DNA of 64,000 bases from Pavona decussata (GCA_977016875.1 CDRNST010000090.1:1612001-1676000), one strand, 5' to 3'; shown: positions 49,614-63,121, counted from the first letter of the stretch. A program made the numbers and translations. The notes: a model not told the origin generated them from the letters alone.

Positions 49614-50313
49614 GAAATATGAATTTAATTTTTCGCGCTAAACACATGCACTTGTCTTTTACACAGTTTTAATTGATGTTTAGCTACTAAGGCATATTGG
49701 TAACATATATAAATCAGTATATATATGCAGGTCATGTTTTTAATACCGTCTTGTCAGATTTTACTCATTTTAAGTTGCGTTCGATTGACCGTATTCCGGA
49801 ATAAGAAAAAGAATAAATATAAATTTGGTAACACATTTCTGCAAACGTTCGCTGACACATGATAATTTAAGAGCGATTTAATTTTGTACCTCAGTAACAT
49901 CAGAAACCTCTTATGACAGATTTCTTGTGATCATTGTATGAATTTTTATTCCGGAATATGGTCAATCGAACGCATCCTTAATCATTGTTATTGGACATCT
50001 TTGATATTACCATTTTATACGAATTGAATAGCCAGGTAATTTATGTTTCCTTCTTTTCTTCTACATCAACACCCTGTTTTCTCCGCGCTTGTGTTTTCGA
50101 CTCATTCTGATGTGAAAAATTTCTGAATCACGGCCTGCTCCTTTTGAAAAAAGAAAAAAGCCATTTTAAAAAAGGAAGGAAGCCAGACTTTACTGCCCAC
50201 TCAATGAAGCCGCAAGTTGGCAAATAAAAGGAGAAAAGCGTTAGGATCGAGAAGTTGAAAGTTAACTTTCGTGCATTGCCAGCTACTCTGTACCCAAAGA
50301 AAGTTCAGTTAGC

Positions 50314-51690
50314 ATGGACCCGAACGACGCCGAAGCAGCCACCAACTCCTCCATTGAAGCGTCAGAATTTTCCTGTTTCGGATTGTACGCTACATACATT
50401 ACAGCGGGAGATGTGGTCGATAGTACACCTCTATGGATTGTTATCGGTTTGGTATGTCTTGCTTCTCCCATGATAGTGTTTTTAAACGCATTAGTGATCA
50501 TAGCTTTGAGGCTAAGAAAAGAGCTGCAAAGACTTTCTTATGTTTTTTTATTGAACATAGCCATCTCAGACCTTCTAATAGGTGCTGTATGCATGCCTTT
50601 GGCTGCCATTGTTGACTCATTTGTTGCCCGCCAAACGCTCCCTGTACCAGAGTATATATGCGTATTAGAGATAGTGACTATAATCTTGATGTATATTTTT
50701 TATTGGAGTTCTCTTCTCCTTTTGACATTGATTGCTTGGGAGAGGTATGTGGCGATAAAAAAATGGAGAGAGTACAAGAGCATCGTTACTAAAAGCCAAC
50801 TCAACAAACTAGTGATAATAGCTTGGGTGTCAGCCACATTTCTGGTTATTCCAGATGTTATTCTACTAACAGCAGTCAACGAGGACGATAGGTTCGACTT
50901 AACCGACGCGTGGTTTGTCGTCAGTGCTATTTTGACAGTTTGTTCCCTGGTTCTTATCGTTTATTTCTATGTCAAGGTGTACTTTGGAATTCGCAATCGT
51001 ACGCTAAGCCAAATTAGCCAGGTCACTTCTCTCATATCAGCAAAATTAAAGAAGAAAGTTGCAAAGATGACGGCCTTGGTGACAGCTGTCATGATAATCT
51101 CCTTACTTCCAGTAACAGTTCTGCTTTTGTTGAGTGGAGTTTTTCCAGTCCTTGGCAAAAGATGGGCTTTTAGATTGCCGGAGATTCTAATGCAGTGCAA
51201 CTCGATAGCAAATCCACTAATTTACTGCTATGGAGATCGCCGCTTTAAGAAGGCTGTGTTGGAGCTCTTGAGAATCAGAAAACCAGGAACAAACCAACCC
51301 GCGCCAGTCGCTGGTGTCCGATTTGTCAGCCGAAAAGGACGGTTTGGTTCAGTGGAAAATGTTATGGAGCTGAAAGAAGGAGTAAATCTCATGCATTTTA
51401 CCAGACGAGCATCCTGTGATCAAGCCATTGTCTTAGACTGTTCTCAACTGAAATCGGGCAATGTAGGTTTGAAAAGATCCATGTCGGCTCCGTCGCTCAC
51501 TAAACTGTCATCAGCTGCTACCGGGAAAGATTCGCAGCCTGCTCGCTCACACATCGTAGAGTGCACTGCAATGATCCACTCTAGAAGGAAAGGACGAAAA
51601 AATTGCAAGGAAAAGGAATCCTTGGGAGTTACCCGAAGCTGTGAAGAGGGTGGCGGCACGGAAGGAATAGCGAAAGTTTCTGTTGACTGA
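50314..51690 (+). CDS. Intronless class A orphan GPCR, copy 3
   Basis: 458 aa; differs from copy 2 at two residues (PVAG/PVDG, KEGV/KEEV). Confidence 0.93.
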   Translation: MDPNDAEAATNSSIEASEFSCFGLYATYITAGDVVDSTPLWIVIGLVCLASPMIVFLNALVIIALRLRKELQRLSYVFLLNIAISDLLIGAVCMPLAAIVDSFVARQTLPVPEYICVLEIVTIILMYIFYWSSLLLLTLIAWERYVAIKKWREYKSIVTKSQLNKLVIIAWVSATFLVIPDVILLTAVNEDDRFDLTDAWFVVSAILTVCSLVLIVYFYVKVYFGIRNRTLSQISQVTSLISAKLKKKVAKMTALVTAVMIISLLPVTVLLLLSGVFPVLGKRWAFRLPEILMQCNSIANPLIYCYGDRRFKKAVLELLRIRKPGTNQPAPVAGVRFVSRKGRFGSVENVMELKEGVNLMHFTRRASCDQAIVLDCSQLKSGNVGLKRSMSAPSLTKLSSAATGKDSQPARSHIVECTAMIHSRRKGRKNCKEKESLGVTRSCEEGGGTEGIAKVSVD

Positions 51691-52830
51691 TTCAAGAGAA
51701 GATATCAAGGTGCTGCAAAACGAGAGAGACTAAAGGAACATTCACTTAAAAAGATCAGCATCTTGCGATTTGACTGTGGCTTATGTTACATTTCACAAAC
51801 ATCCCCATCACTCCTGTAACAGATCGACAGAATTTTATTTTATTTTTTTACTTTTAATGGTCGCATTTGGAATGTAAATTTATTTCTCCTACAATAACGC
51901 GGCCTTCCTTAGATAGCTCGTTGATGGTTCACCGCCGTCATACTTTTGTGTGCAGCTTTTTACAAAATTATTCCCGTCTTAGGATAATGTTGCCATGCAA
52001 AGTCTGCACTGATTGTACTTGAGGGGAAGCTATCGCAGTTCGTAATTTTTCAGCTATGAGATTGGATTTGTAAGATGTCATAAAAACAAAACAAAAGAAT
52101 ACAAAACATATCACTTGAGTGTTTTGTTGTAGAAAACGCGGAAACTTATTATTCCTGGTAAGGATTCAAAATTATTATTCAGCTTCAGTACATATACCGT
52201 AACATGGTTAAATTTCCTCATGTTGGTGTTGGGTCTATCTTCTCTTCCTTAAAAAACGAAAACCACAAATAGCGCTACCGTAAAAGTTCATGCGTCATCG
52301 TATTTGTGTCAAGACGAAGTCATCAGTGGAAGATTGTTATTTTGTTTGTTCTAATGAAAATAGATAAGGAAAGCTAAGAAAGATGGCTTAAATAGTTGAT
52401 TGATTTCCCGTTCACGGCTGCAAATACTATATAGTGTTTTGGGTTTGAGGTGCATGTGGGAAGGATGCTAAAATTTTTGATATTTTTAGTCCGTTCGTGC
52501 AAATTGATAGAAAAAAAAAAAGAACAACAACAACAACAACAACAAAAGAAACAAAACAAAAAAAAACAAAAGATAACAAAAACAGTGAATAACTTTTTCG
52601 TCAAAATAGTTATTTGAATGAAAACATTTACGATGTAGCCTCCCATGCAGTGGTTTTAGGTGGAGTCGTATTACCTACAATCTTGGACAGAATAGTAAAA
52701 AGAGAAAGTAAAAAACAACACAATGATGAATTCAGGCATAAAGCAAAACGCGCCATTTTTCCATCATTGAAATGCGCCGGCGGTTGGATGGTCTTAATTT
52801 ATCATTTGAATTGTCCAAGATTGTCTCCAG

Positions 52831-55800
52831 GGGCCCGTTTCTCGAAAGTCCCGGTAACTTATCGGGCCCGGTAAGTTGCCCGTTAAGCCCCCGATAAGTT
52901 TACGGGTGTTTCTCGAAACTCCCGTTATTTACGATCCCGGTAAGTTGCCCGGTAAGTTGCCCGGTAATTTACGGGAGGTCATGACCTCCCGTAAAGTGCC
53001 CGTAAAGTTTACGGGAAGCAATATTTTGTTGCAAGAAAACAAGATGGCCGCCGGAGGCGGTCATGTTTGTCCCGGTTTGTCGGTCGCGATTGATTTTAGA
53101 CAAAATAGAAGAAAGAGAAATAATAGAAAGATACTGGTCATCCAGGGAAGTAATAAATTCGCTTGTTGACGAGTTTACTGGAGGAAACCTTTCGAGAGAT
53201 ACCGTACAGTACGAGAAGCTGTCCGCTGTTCCGCGAAAACACAGGTAAATATTTTGCAATTTTAGAGCTAGAACAAACTCCTAATCCAGTTGGTTTCAGT
53301 CGGTAAAAACCAGAGCTACAGTAATTTGCTCAGTGTGTTTCGAATTTCGGTTATCCCGGGAGGACTTGCAATTTTGCCCCGTAAAGCATATACTTGCCAG
53401 GTGCGTGGCCCTTAGATGGTTTTTGTTTGAGATCTAAGCTGGCTTTTTTTACGTAGAAACTGCTTCCGATCGTCCGAAAAAGTACAGTATGAGAATTACC
53501 GAATTAGCTGCATTTACTACGAAAATGGGGGGAAATAACTAACGTGTTTGAAATGGAAAGATGAATATAACAAAAAGGAAATCCGGCTGAATTGAAACTA
53601 AACCCACTCAGTACTCAAGTCATTGATGGTTGTAAATAAACACTTCATAAATTTGGGGAAAAAAACGAAATTGATGGAGGTGTCATTTTCAACTACAAAT
53701 ACAGGAATTTGTGTTACTGACCTAGTGTAACATAGGAGTTCACAGGACAAACAAACAAACAAAAAAATAAAATAACTGGGGGCAAGGGTAGGGTAGGGTA
53801 GGGGGAGGAGGAGTAAATAAAAAACGTATGAAAATATTCTTTGGGCCATGGAAAGCAGACGTACAACTGAACTGCCCAAATAATGTATTGAATGAATGAA
53901 TGAGCAGCCACAACTGCAACTGAACAGGCAGACATAAGCATGCCAAACCAAGCAAGTGCCAGCATGGTACAGACAAGAACAGCTGCACGAGAGATTTTCG
54001 GGCATGAGGCCCACTCTTAGACATAACCAAAAAGGACAGCTGAACATGCACTTAAATAATTTTGTGAACAATAACTTGAATAATGTTTTTAAATTGTTAT
54101 TGAATAATTATTTTTCAAGATAATTTTTATTGAAAATTCTTTTTCATCCACAGGGGTTCAACTGACAGAAGAGGGCTAACTGAGAACATCAGGAGCAGGG
54201 GAACAACTGATGGAAGAAGACTGAGTGTGAACAACTTAATTGAATTTTAATGAAAATTTTAATTAAGAAAAATGTACATACATGAGTAATTGGGAGAATT
54301 AAATGAGCTTGAAAACTGCACTGGCAGTAAATCCTTTACACGTGATAATTAAACTCAATTTTACTAAATGTTTACATAAGGTTAGACATACTTAAAAATA
54401 TGGGAACTGCTAATTCTTTTAAAGTGTTTCAATACTTTCTTTTCCTTGTAATATAGGACTTCATGAAAGTGAAACTGACTATTTTTGTTAGTGAAACAAC
54501 ATGAGAATGTAAAAAGTTAAGTAGCCACCTTGAAATGACCTGGCATACAACATTTTTGGCATACGTACAGTCTGGTTCTTGTGTCAGAAAATTATATGGT
54601 TCCATGCTCACTTTGTAATTTGAGGGCTCAAATCTGCCAAACAATTAGCTTCTGACTTAAGCCATTAACCAAAACATAATTTAAGTCCCGCTATTCTTCC
54701 CACCCCAGGGGAGGGTACTCAGTTATATTTGTTGCTGATGTATGAAAGCTTTTGTGGGTTTGAAGTTAGGGATTTTCAGTTGGACTTTTGGGTGGCTTAG
54801 GTTTAATTTTTTTGGCAGATTTATTTGGTTAGAAAACATTTCGGTGGGGAATTTTTTGGTGTTGATAAATATGAAGCAATTATTGTATCAATTTTAAATA
54901 GAAGAAAGACCTTCACAGTTATTTATGCAACTTTCTTCTATTTAATCTTTCATCTGCAGTTCAAAAATATGTTTCATACATTCACAGGGATGTATCTTTT
55001 TTATTTACCAGTTCAAATGACAAGCAGAAAAAAAGAAATTACAAAAAAATCTGATAGCCTGCATGAATAATTATTGAGATGATTTGTGAAAAGTTTGACG
55101 TAAAAGATATCCAGCAAGAATATTACCTGTTAACCTGGCTATCAGATTCCAGTGGGATAGTATACATTAGTATTGTTGAAATTAAAGTCATATTTTGGAG
55201 TTATATGGCCCCAATATTCAACACTGTTCAAAGTCACAGGTCTAATGAACATGCGCTTTAATTACCTGTTCTAATGCAGATATAGACGTCTATAATGTTC
55301 AAAGCTACAAGCAATAATAATTATTTATTGCAAAAAGGTTGAGACACTCTCATCATTTTTCCTATTTCCTGCAAATAATGCACTCTAAAAGGGCAATGAA
55401 CAATGTAATACTCTGTTAGCCCCCTCCCCCCCACCCCCACCCCCCCCCCCCCCCCGTTCCCCAAGTTTTCAGTGTTGAGGCTTGCTGGGTTGAATGTCAC
55501 TGCGCATTTCATTCAACATAGAGATTCGAGAAACAGGCAATACAATGGTGAGTGTCTAAAATGTACCCATTAATGGACAGTGTATCAATAATATTACTCT
55601 TTTCAATAATTTTTTTTTCTGTAGAGCTGGTCCTTAGAGGTACGCCAAGAGTTCTCCTCCTCCTCTCTTTTGTTCTTTGAAATGATTCATTTCTAATTCC
55701 ACCTTTTGCATCTTCATTTTATAGTATGCAGTCACTGTTTCAAAGTACAAAAGGAAAAATAATTGTTTTGCCTAGAATTCAATAAATTATACTTTCTAAT

Positions 55801-57911
55801 CTCCACATGTTCAGCACATGTTCGGAGCTATTAAAAAGATGCATGTGGTCGGCTGCTAAGAACCTTATCAATGATAACGATGATGATGATGATATATCCT
55901 GACCAATATCTTAATAGCTATGTATAAGTAGCATTTTCGGAAAGGTTCCAAAATGCTATAGGGTTCCTTAGTTCTGCCAACTCAATGTCATTAACTCACT
56001 AAATGTTTTTCGGCCTATATTGATTCCTGAAAAACTTGCAGCTAAAATTTATTATTGTTACTATTTTTATTTAGCATCTTCCCCTTAAGGGTATAAACTA
56101 GTTACTTAAAATATATTGGAGACACTCAGTGGATAGGCTACATTGTATAACTTAACTCTGGAACATAAAATTGAGATCTGCAACCTATTATATAATTAGT
56201 CACTTGAATACAGCATTAGCTTTTGTTCATTTTTTATTAATAGACACTAATAATTAAAAATGAATATTCACACAGAATGTACTGGTGATTAGATTATTTT
56301 GAAAACATCAATTATTGTATGGTTCGAATATATTACTACCAGCTGAGCTTGAGCAAGTGTCTAAATTGGTGGCTTTTTCCTTGTTTGCCCCAGTTGGTGT
56401 TGTGCCTGTCCATTTTTTTTTATCCTAAAAGGTTAAATCATCAATAAATTATTAGTACTATTAGAAGTGTTGTTGTCCTAAACATCATTTCAGTGATCAT
56501 CACCAAAGGTCATGACTGTAATCCAATACAGTAGGTTAATCTTGGCTGACCAGAAGTATGGCAAAATAGTCATAAACTGACCACAATTATGCTCCCACTG
56601 ATATTAATTGCTATCACTAGCATCCTCCCTTTCCCCTCTCCAAGATAATGCATGACTGGTTTTGGAATGAGTTTGATTTTTGAACAAAAAATCACAAATA
56701 TTTGTATTTTCAAGTGAGCAATTTGGCAGCCAAGTGTTATTCAGTTGCAAATATATTTATTATTACCAGTAAATTGTAACAGCAGCAGTGCAGTGTTACC
56801 AGCTGCCAGACTGACTTCCTGTATCAAGTTATAATAAGATAACAACTTTATCATACTTGTAACATTATTATGATCAAAATTGAATATTAATACCATTAAT
56901 CTGAATCCAGACATGACAGCCACTCATTGGTTTCACAGTAGGGTTCAGGCACAGGAACAGAGACTACTTTTTTTAGCGATTGAGCAACTGAGCATGTATT
57001 AGTCATATAAAGACTATAGCAATCCAATAAAATTCCGCTACGTAGAGTAAAATCACTAAGTGTTGCTTCATACCTAGTATCTGTAATCTAGAAATTGGAA
57101 TTGGCTCACCATTATCATTCAGACATGGTTTATTTCTAAGAGTGTAATTAGAATTAGTCATTTCCGGTTTGACGTATGTGTAGGATTTCAATAAACTGAC
57201 TAACCAAGAACCAAAAATACAATATTTGATTTATAAACAATAAAAGGGATAGCTAATTTTTGGTTATCTGAACGTACATAAGCTTACCTTTAACACCACC
57301 AAATGTTTGTTGCACAACCACGAACTGACCATCAAAGAGAAAAGCAGATCGGAATCCAGCAGGTCAATACACCTTCCTTCCTCCCACACTGGCGCGTTCT
57401 AAAATAATGTAAACATGGCATCTCCAATTCGCATATCCATGTGAAGTATCATCATACAAAAAATACTTCACAGACGATAGATACATGTACGATGGCGAAA
57501 AGGTCGAAAAGCGAAACTGTCGAATCGAGCTACCAAAGGCAACCGATCATATCTTGCAAATTACATGATAATGCAAAATAATGATCTCTCTTGGTTGCTC
57601 TCCTTTGACAAAACGACTAACTGAAAGTTAAACTTAGCACGTATTGCACCGTCCTTCAATAATCGATTAATCATGAAGACAGTCCTATCCATAGTAGACC
57701 ATAGTATAACCGTGCTTTTCCATCGAGTAGTCCCAAGTCGTTCTCCTTCTCTTTTGAACGAGCGTGTAGCGCGCGCAAGAGCCTGGTAACGATCCCCTAT
57801 TTTACCGGGCCCGGAAATTACCGGGATTATCGGGCCCGGTAAAGTTTCCCGGTAAGTTGCCCGATAAGTTAACGGGCCCGGAAATTACCGGGACTTTCGA
57901 GAAACGGGCCC
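52831..57911. mobile_element. 5081-bp PIF/Harbinger-superfamily element (CWG target), non-autonomous
   Basis: Perfect 27-bp TIR GGGCCCGTTTCTCGAAAGTCCCGGTAA, many CCGGTAA/TTACCGG subterminal repeats, empty site at 44428-44430 and 35806-35808. Confidence 0.9.
53044..53244 (+). pseudogene. Decayed first exon of a Harbinger/HARBI1-like transposase
   Basis: EREIIERYWSSREVINSLVDEF resembles the N-terminal 'ERYRLSR..I..L' segment of Harbinger transposases; ATG at 53044 is out of frame; ends at a CAG|gtaaat donor; no DDE exons recognised. Confidence 0.5.
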
Positions 57912-60900
57912 CTGGGCCGGGTTGTTCGAAAGCTGATTAACGCTAATCTACGATTAAAAGTTAATCGAGGTTTTCATCTCGCTCATTAAAAGCGGTTTTA
58001 AAGCCTAATTCAAGCTTAAGGTAAAGAAAAGTCAAGTCAAACCTGAGGGCCAAAAATCTTTTGGAAGAATCTTTACCGATTAGTAATTAATTAAACTTGA
58101 ATCAAAGTTCACGTTAATCCAGGATAAGCTTAATCGGACTTTGAACAACTGGGCCCTAATTCTAACGTGCTAAAAGAAAAAACAAACAAACAAGCAAACA
58201 AAAAAGAAAACTACAAAAACGTTGGAATCGATGTTGAAATGATACTTAAAAATTAATGGAAGGTTTATGATAAATTTTATACAATGTGTAGTTGATTTTG
58301 ATTGGTTTCAAACGGTTTTCAGTGAACGATTCCGGCGATCAATGAATAGGCACAGATTGATAGCTATGATTTTCGTTTCACGGCTACAAAACTGTGGCAA
58401 ATCGTAGAAAATCGTGGATAACAGCTTGGAAATCAAGGCAATCAAGACCTTACATAAGAAAACCGTAGTTAATTCTTACTTATGGACAAAATATCAATAA
58501 CACAGTGTCTCAATCACTATTTCAACGACAACAGTTTGACGACTTTTTAAATTTACGACTGATGTGTAGATAAAATGGCGCACGGGCAAAGTGCAAATAT
58601 TTCTGGTGTGCTGGTAGATGTTACTCCGCTTCAGATTCTAATCCCAATTAATTCTTCCCATGTTAGCTTTCTTTCCTGTTTTTATTTTCTTTTAATTTTC
58701 GAGAAGTCCATTTTCAATAGCTGTTTTCATTTCCGGACAGAATTCACTGCTTCGTTAACCTTAAGTTGCAATGGTAGTTTACATCTTATGGATCTATCTC
58801 AGTTTTACATCTATAAAGCTACTGGTAACATCAGTGTAAAGTTCAGACAATATAATCTTAGACGCTTTATAAGAACACTGGTTTATAAGGACAACGAACA
58901 CTTTTCAGTGAACCTTTTGACGTGCCCTTATGTATATGTAATCGCATGAGGCCAAGTAGAATTAAGGATTAATTTCCACGGGCTTTACATAAAGGGCAAC
59001 ATTTTCTTAAAACTAGCGAGCCACCTCGTAAAACACTCACCCGTGAGCAAAACAAACAAACAAACAATTCACCTGTTTCTTAGCATACAAAAAAGACAAA
59101 ACGAGAAAAGTTGATTGTTCTGTATAAGTGTAATTAAGAGAAAATATAAGTTTCATTCATGAGCAAACTAAAAACAATTAAACGAAATGTCAGGCATCAA
59201 CTGAATGACTTTTATTCACCTATACTGTGAAGCTTTCTAAAGCCGGCGACACACCTGGCGATTTTATACGCCGATCGCGGCGGATATGATCGCCAGCGAA
59301 AATCGCTTGCGAATTTCGCCCCCGGTTAATGCGGACTCACTTGGCGATTTTTGTGGCCGATTGCGGCGATGTGACAGTTTCGAAAAGTCATGTGATAAAA
59401 TCTCCCAACCTGATGGGTTGACTTTACTGGCGATCGTAGCAATAAACGTAGAAAATTGCGGGAACGGGCACACTTGGCAAATGCTGGCGAATTTAATGGC
59501 CGATATCTAACATGCCAGATATCAGCGATTTTATACGCCGGTCGCGGCGATCGGCGAAAATTGCCAGGTGTGCCCGGTGCAGCGATTGTGGTTTTCCACG
59601 ATCGCCGCGATCGTGGGTCCAAAGAAGGAACTTGCAGAGTAATTTCTTCTACTGAATTTGACCTGTTCCTTCCTCCCAAACAGCCAAAACAACCAAACAA
59701 ATCCAACCAAGTTTTTAGGGTCGTAACGAGATATATTTTTCCCCGACTGATCCCACATTTTGGCCTTAAATTTTGATCGCCTGATTCCAAAATCTTTATG
59801 AATTTTTATCTCTGATCCCGTGAAAATTAGTTGATCCCTGGGTTCAGCTCAAACTCGGAATCTGGGTCGAACAAACGGCGTATAATTGTTGGTTGATTAA
59901 ACCTGAATAAACTACAAAATGGGTAAATGAAGTGTCGCTTGAGTTTTTAAACTTAGTCCCAGCATTCACGAAATGGAGAATGACTGAATGACAGTTTGAC
60001 TCCCGTTAGTTCTTCAAGTTATGATTTCCTATCGGCATAATAGGTTTTCTTTTACTGGTTGACCAACTCAGTTCAGTTGCACAGCTAGTCATAAATCATT
60101 ATATCTGCTTATCCTAATTGTACTGATCTGAATTTTTTCCGGTTTGGTAACGCTGTGACATAATTGTAAGATGTTACGAGCTCACAGCTGAGATCGAATA
60201 AGCTTGAATGTAAAACTGAATGGTGCCTACAAAACGGCTTTAGACATAATTAGTGCATGTAACGCACGATCGAGCTATGAATCCGGCATTCCGTTAGGTT
60301 CTTTATCAGAAAGACTAGACGTTTCTCAAAATGAAGTCTTCTGATATTATATATCTTGCCATGAACTATCCGTCCGCACTTGTAAGAAGGAAAACGAGAT
60401 CTAGATCACCATGAGGTAGTTCTCTTTGAAATAGATAATGGCTAATCTCGTACCCAGATCTCCCACGGTCGACATTCCCGAACCGACTGAGATCTGGGTA
60501 CGAGATTAGATAATGGCTACCGCGGGGCTTGACCAACGATCTATGAAACTACAGTATTCCACAGAACCAGAATGATTAGATGGTACTTGCCGTACCAGAA
60601 TGAGAAAATACGAATTTAATTTGGGCAGAGAAAGGAAACCTATAAAAAGATTTTTTTTATGTCTTTCTCGATTTTTAATTTCAATGAGGGGTAAATTTGT
60701 TATCAAAATTTTGGATGATTCCCTTGCCGCCTCGTCAGGCTTCTGAGGCTTTATGCATTAAGTTTGATTACTCGGAGGTCTCCGCTACCTTCTCCCTAGC
60801 ATAATCAGAGCAAGCTTCGTTATTTGCTGTATCTTCTCTTAACACTTCCATTTACCGCTTGATATTCTGCGGAAAGTAATTTGTGTTGAGAGCTTGGATT

Positions 60901-61170
60901 ATGCTTAAGGCTAGCAAGAGACCATCATGATATGGTCTCTTGAGCTTGGTCAGAAATAAAAAATACAATAGTAGTGTACAGTACCAAGTGCAATAACGAG
61001 TTCTTTGATAACAGGATTTTGTCTTAAAAAAGACTTCGTCTTTCACTGTCGAAAGGGTATGTATATGTCTCTACAAATGAAGACGTCTTTGTTAAATTTA
61101 TTATTCAAAGGCCAAGCACCATCCTCGTGTGATAGATTTAGACAGAGGGAAAACGTTGGGAAAAGGCAAT

Positions 61171-61321
61171 AGGCTGATTTAGCAACAGAACGGGAACGTC
61201 ATTTGAGGACGCGAGAGCTCGCGGAACAGTTTGGATGCGAGTCTATTTCGACTATATATGGGTATTCTTGATGCGCGCGCCGTTGTCAACTGACGTTCCC
61301 GTTCTGTCGCTAAATCAGCCA
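61171..61321. mobile_element. ~150-bp MITE with 30-bp TIR at an AWT site, unique to the fourth spacer
   Basis: GGCTGATTTAGCAACAGAACGGGAACGTCA matches the other end 29/30; empty site ggcAATgtcc near 30733, 39249 and 47655. Confidence 0.8.
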
Positions 61322-62396
61322 ATTGTCCATTGTAAGTCCTTATTCAGCAGTCAAAGACCCAGGCCAATTCGGTAGATAAGTCACTGCAGTTATGTATAGC
61401 TCCAACAAACTGAGTCAATCACAGCAGAGAGTCACTGATATATACTAAAAAAAGGGCAACATGGTATGAATATATTTAAGAATTTGGGAAAATATCCACG
61501 TTTTGTAGTCAAGCTAGTCCAGCAGGTCGTATTGCATACAGTTTAGAACCGGAACAAAATGTTACTGCAAAAATACATTTGAATTTGTATACGGTGGCGG
61601 TTCTTTCCGTCCAATTAAACTGAATTTTGTCATTTTATGATATTTGATTTTCTGTCGGAAAACTTGATCCCTGATCCCCCTGCAACACTACTGATCCCGA
61701 TCCCACGGCTTGTCTGATCCCAGATCCAACCCCATTTTTTGTCTTTGACAGCTTTTGAAATCTGATCCTATATACCTCGATAAGACCCTGAAGTTTAAGC
61801 TTTTGACACAAATAATCTCTTGCTGTTTCTTGTAAGAAAAGAAAGTTCACCTTTGTAGCTTTAGCTGTAGCACTTGATTTCCAAGTATTTTTGGTAGAAA
61901 CAATTAATCCAGCTTAAAAAGTCAAACTCCAAAGAACCTCAAAAGAAGTCGTTGTTGTCGCGGCAAATGAAGAAACCAAAGAAACCAACAAAATGTAGAA
62001 ATGACGTGCTCAGCCAATCAGAAGTGAGTAATTTTTTCCCTTGGTGAAAGGAAAATTAAGAAAAAGTGCCCTCTGTTTCGACCAATCAGCATTCAGCAAT
62101 GTTTACAAAGTTAACTCCCCATATAAACTTCGTGAAGACTTCTCTGCTTTCCTTATATGACGTAGTTATCCGATCCGCGTGACCTCCATGTGAATTCTTT
62201 CTCGTCATCACTGCCCCAGGGATCCCATGAGATAGCTAGACGCATGCGCATAGTCAGTGCTTTTCGCGCGCAAATGACCCGCGCAAATCAGTATTTGCAC
62301 GAGGTTTAGTTATCCGAACAAAATTGACTCTTTTTCGCCTTTTGGTGAATTTTTGGACCTAGTGACTGTCTTCAATCGATTAACCAGTCCATAAAC

Positions 62397-63065
62397 ATGG
62401 CCACTGGAGGTCTTTCACCGGAAACAGTGAAAGAACGAGTAGAAAAATATCACCCTCCAGAGAATTGCAAGTTCCTATCGCCCACAACAGTTAATGAGGA
62501 GATTTGGGATTTGCTGCCACGGCGCAGCAGAACAGTTGACCTAGCTTTCCAGCGGGTACAAGAACCGCTTGTTCAGAGCTTATCAGCTCTGTCTATCTTA
62601 GGTGACCAGCTGGTGAAGGATCTTCACGCTGGAACAACGCCAAATACTCGTAAGATTCTTGATCATGTCATGGATAGCATTGCTCTTCTTGCTAATGCGA
62701 ATTTTAAACTCAACATGAAGCGACGAGAGCCCATAAAACCTGACCTAAATCCCCCTTACACAAGATTATGTAAGGATGAAATTAAACCATCAACGAAGTT
62801 GTTTGGTGATGACCTATCAAAGCATTTGAAGGAAATGTCTGGAGCAAAGAAAGCAGGCCGCCAAATGCAGAAATCCTCTGACACTCGAACGTCAAACCAT
62901 GGTTTCACGAAGGCGGGAAGACAAAAATTTCGCCGCTCAAACTTTAAGCCATATGACAGAACATCAAGTCAGAAAACACCTCAGCAACGTCCTTTTTTAG
63001 GATACAGCCGGGCACACAAGAGTGCCCAGAAAAAGGCCAGCCAATCCAACACCAAAGACCAGTAG
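62397..63065 (+). CDS. DIRS ORF1 (gag-like), probably N-terminally truncated
   Basis: PPENC...VNEEIW, LFGDDL motif and basic tail typical of DIRS ORF1. Confidence 0.75.
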   Translation: MATGGLSPETVKERVEKYHPPENCKFLSPTTVNEEIWDLLPRRSRTVDLAFQRVQEPLVQSLSALSILGDQLVKDLHAGTTPNTRKILDHVMDSIALLANANFKLNMKRREPIKPDLNPPYTRLCKDEIKPSTKLFGDDLSKHLKEMSGAKKAGRQMQKSSDTRTSNHGFTKAGRQKFRRSNFKPYDRTSSQKTPQQRPFLGYSRAHKSAQKKASQSNTKDQ

Positions 63066-63121
63066 AAACACAGGTAAGGGAACATCTGCCACCAGCTATT
63101 GATAAAGAACATCTATCCCAA

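Larger units (their letters stand above)
28203..61890. repeat. Tandem segmental array with ~8.4 kb period: three GPCR genes and four homologous upstream spacers
   Basis: Homologous blocks begin near 28203, 36804, 45181 and 58666; the offset between units 2 and 3 is 8406 over several kb. Confidence 0.95.

Noticed and set aside
52850-53015. Short repeated CCGGTAAGTTG motifs resembling a CRISPR or iteron array
   Set aside because: Irregular spacing, no unique spacers, mirrored at 57800-57911: subterminal repeats of a DNA transposon.
53598-54071. 157-aa minus-strand ORF in the Harbinger-type element
   Set aside because: Low-complexity, intron-like sequence with no transposase or Myb motif.
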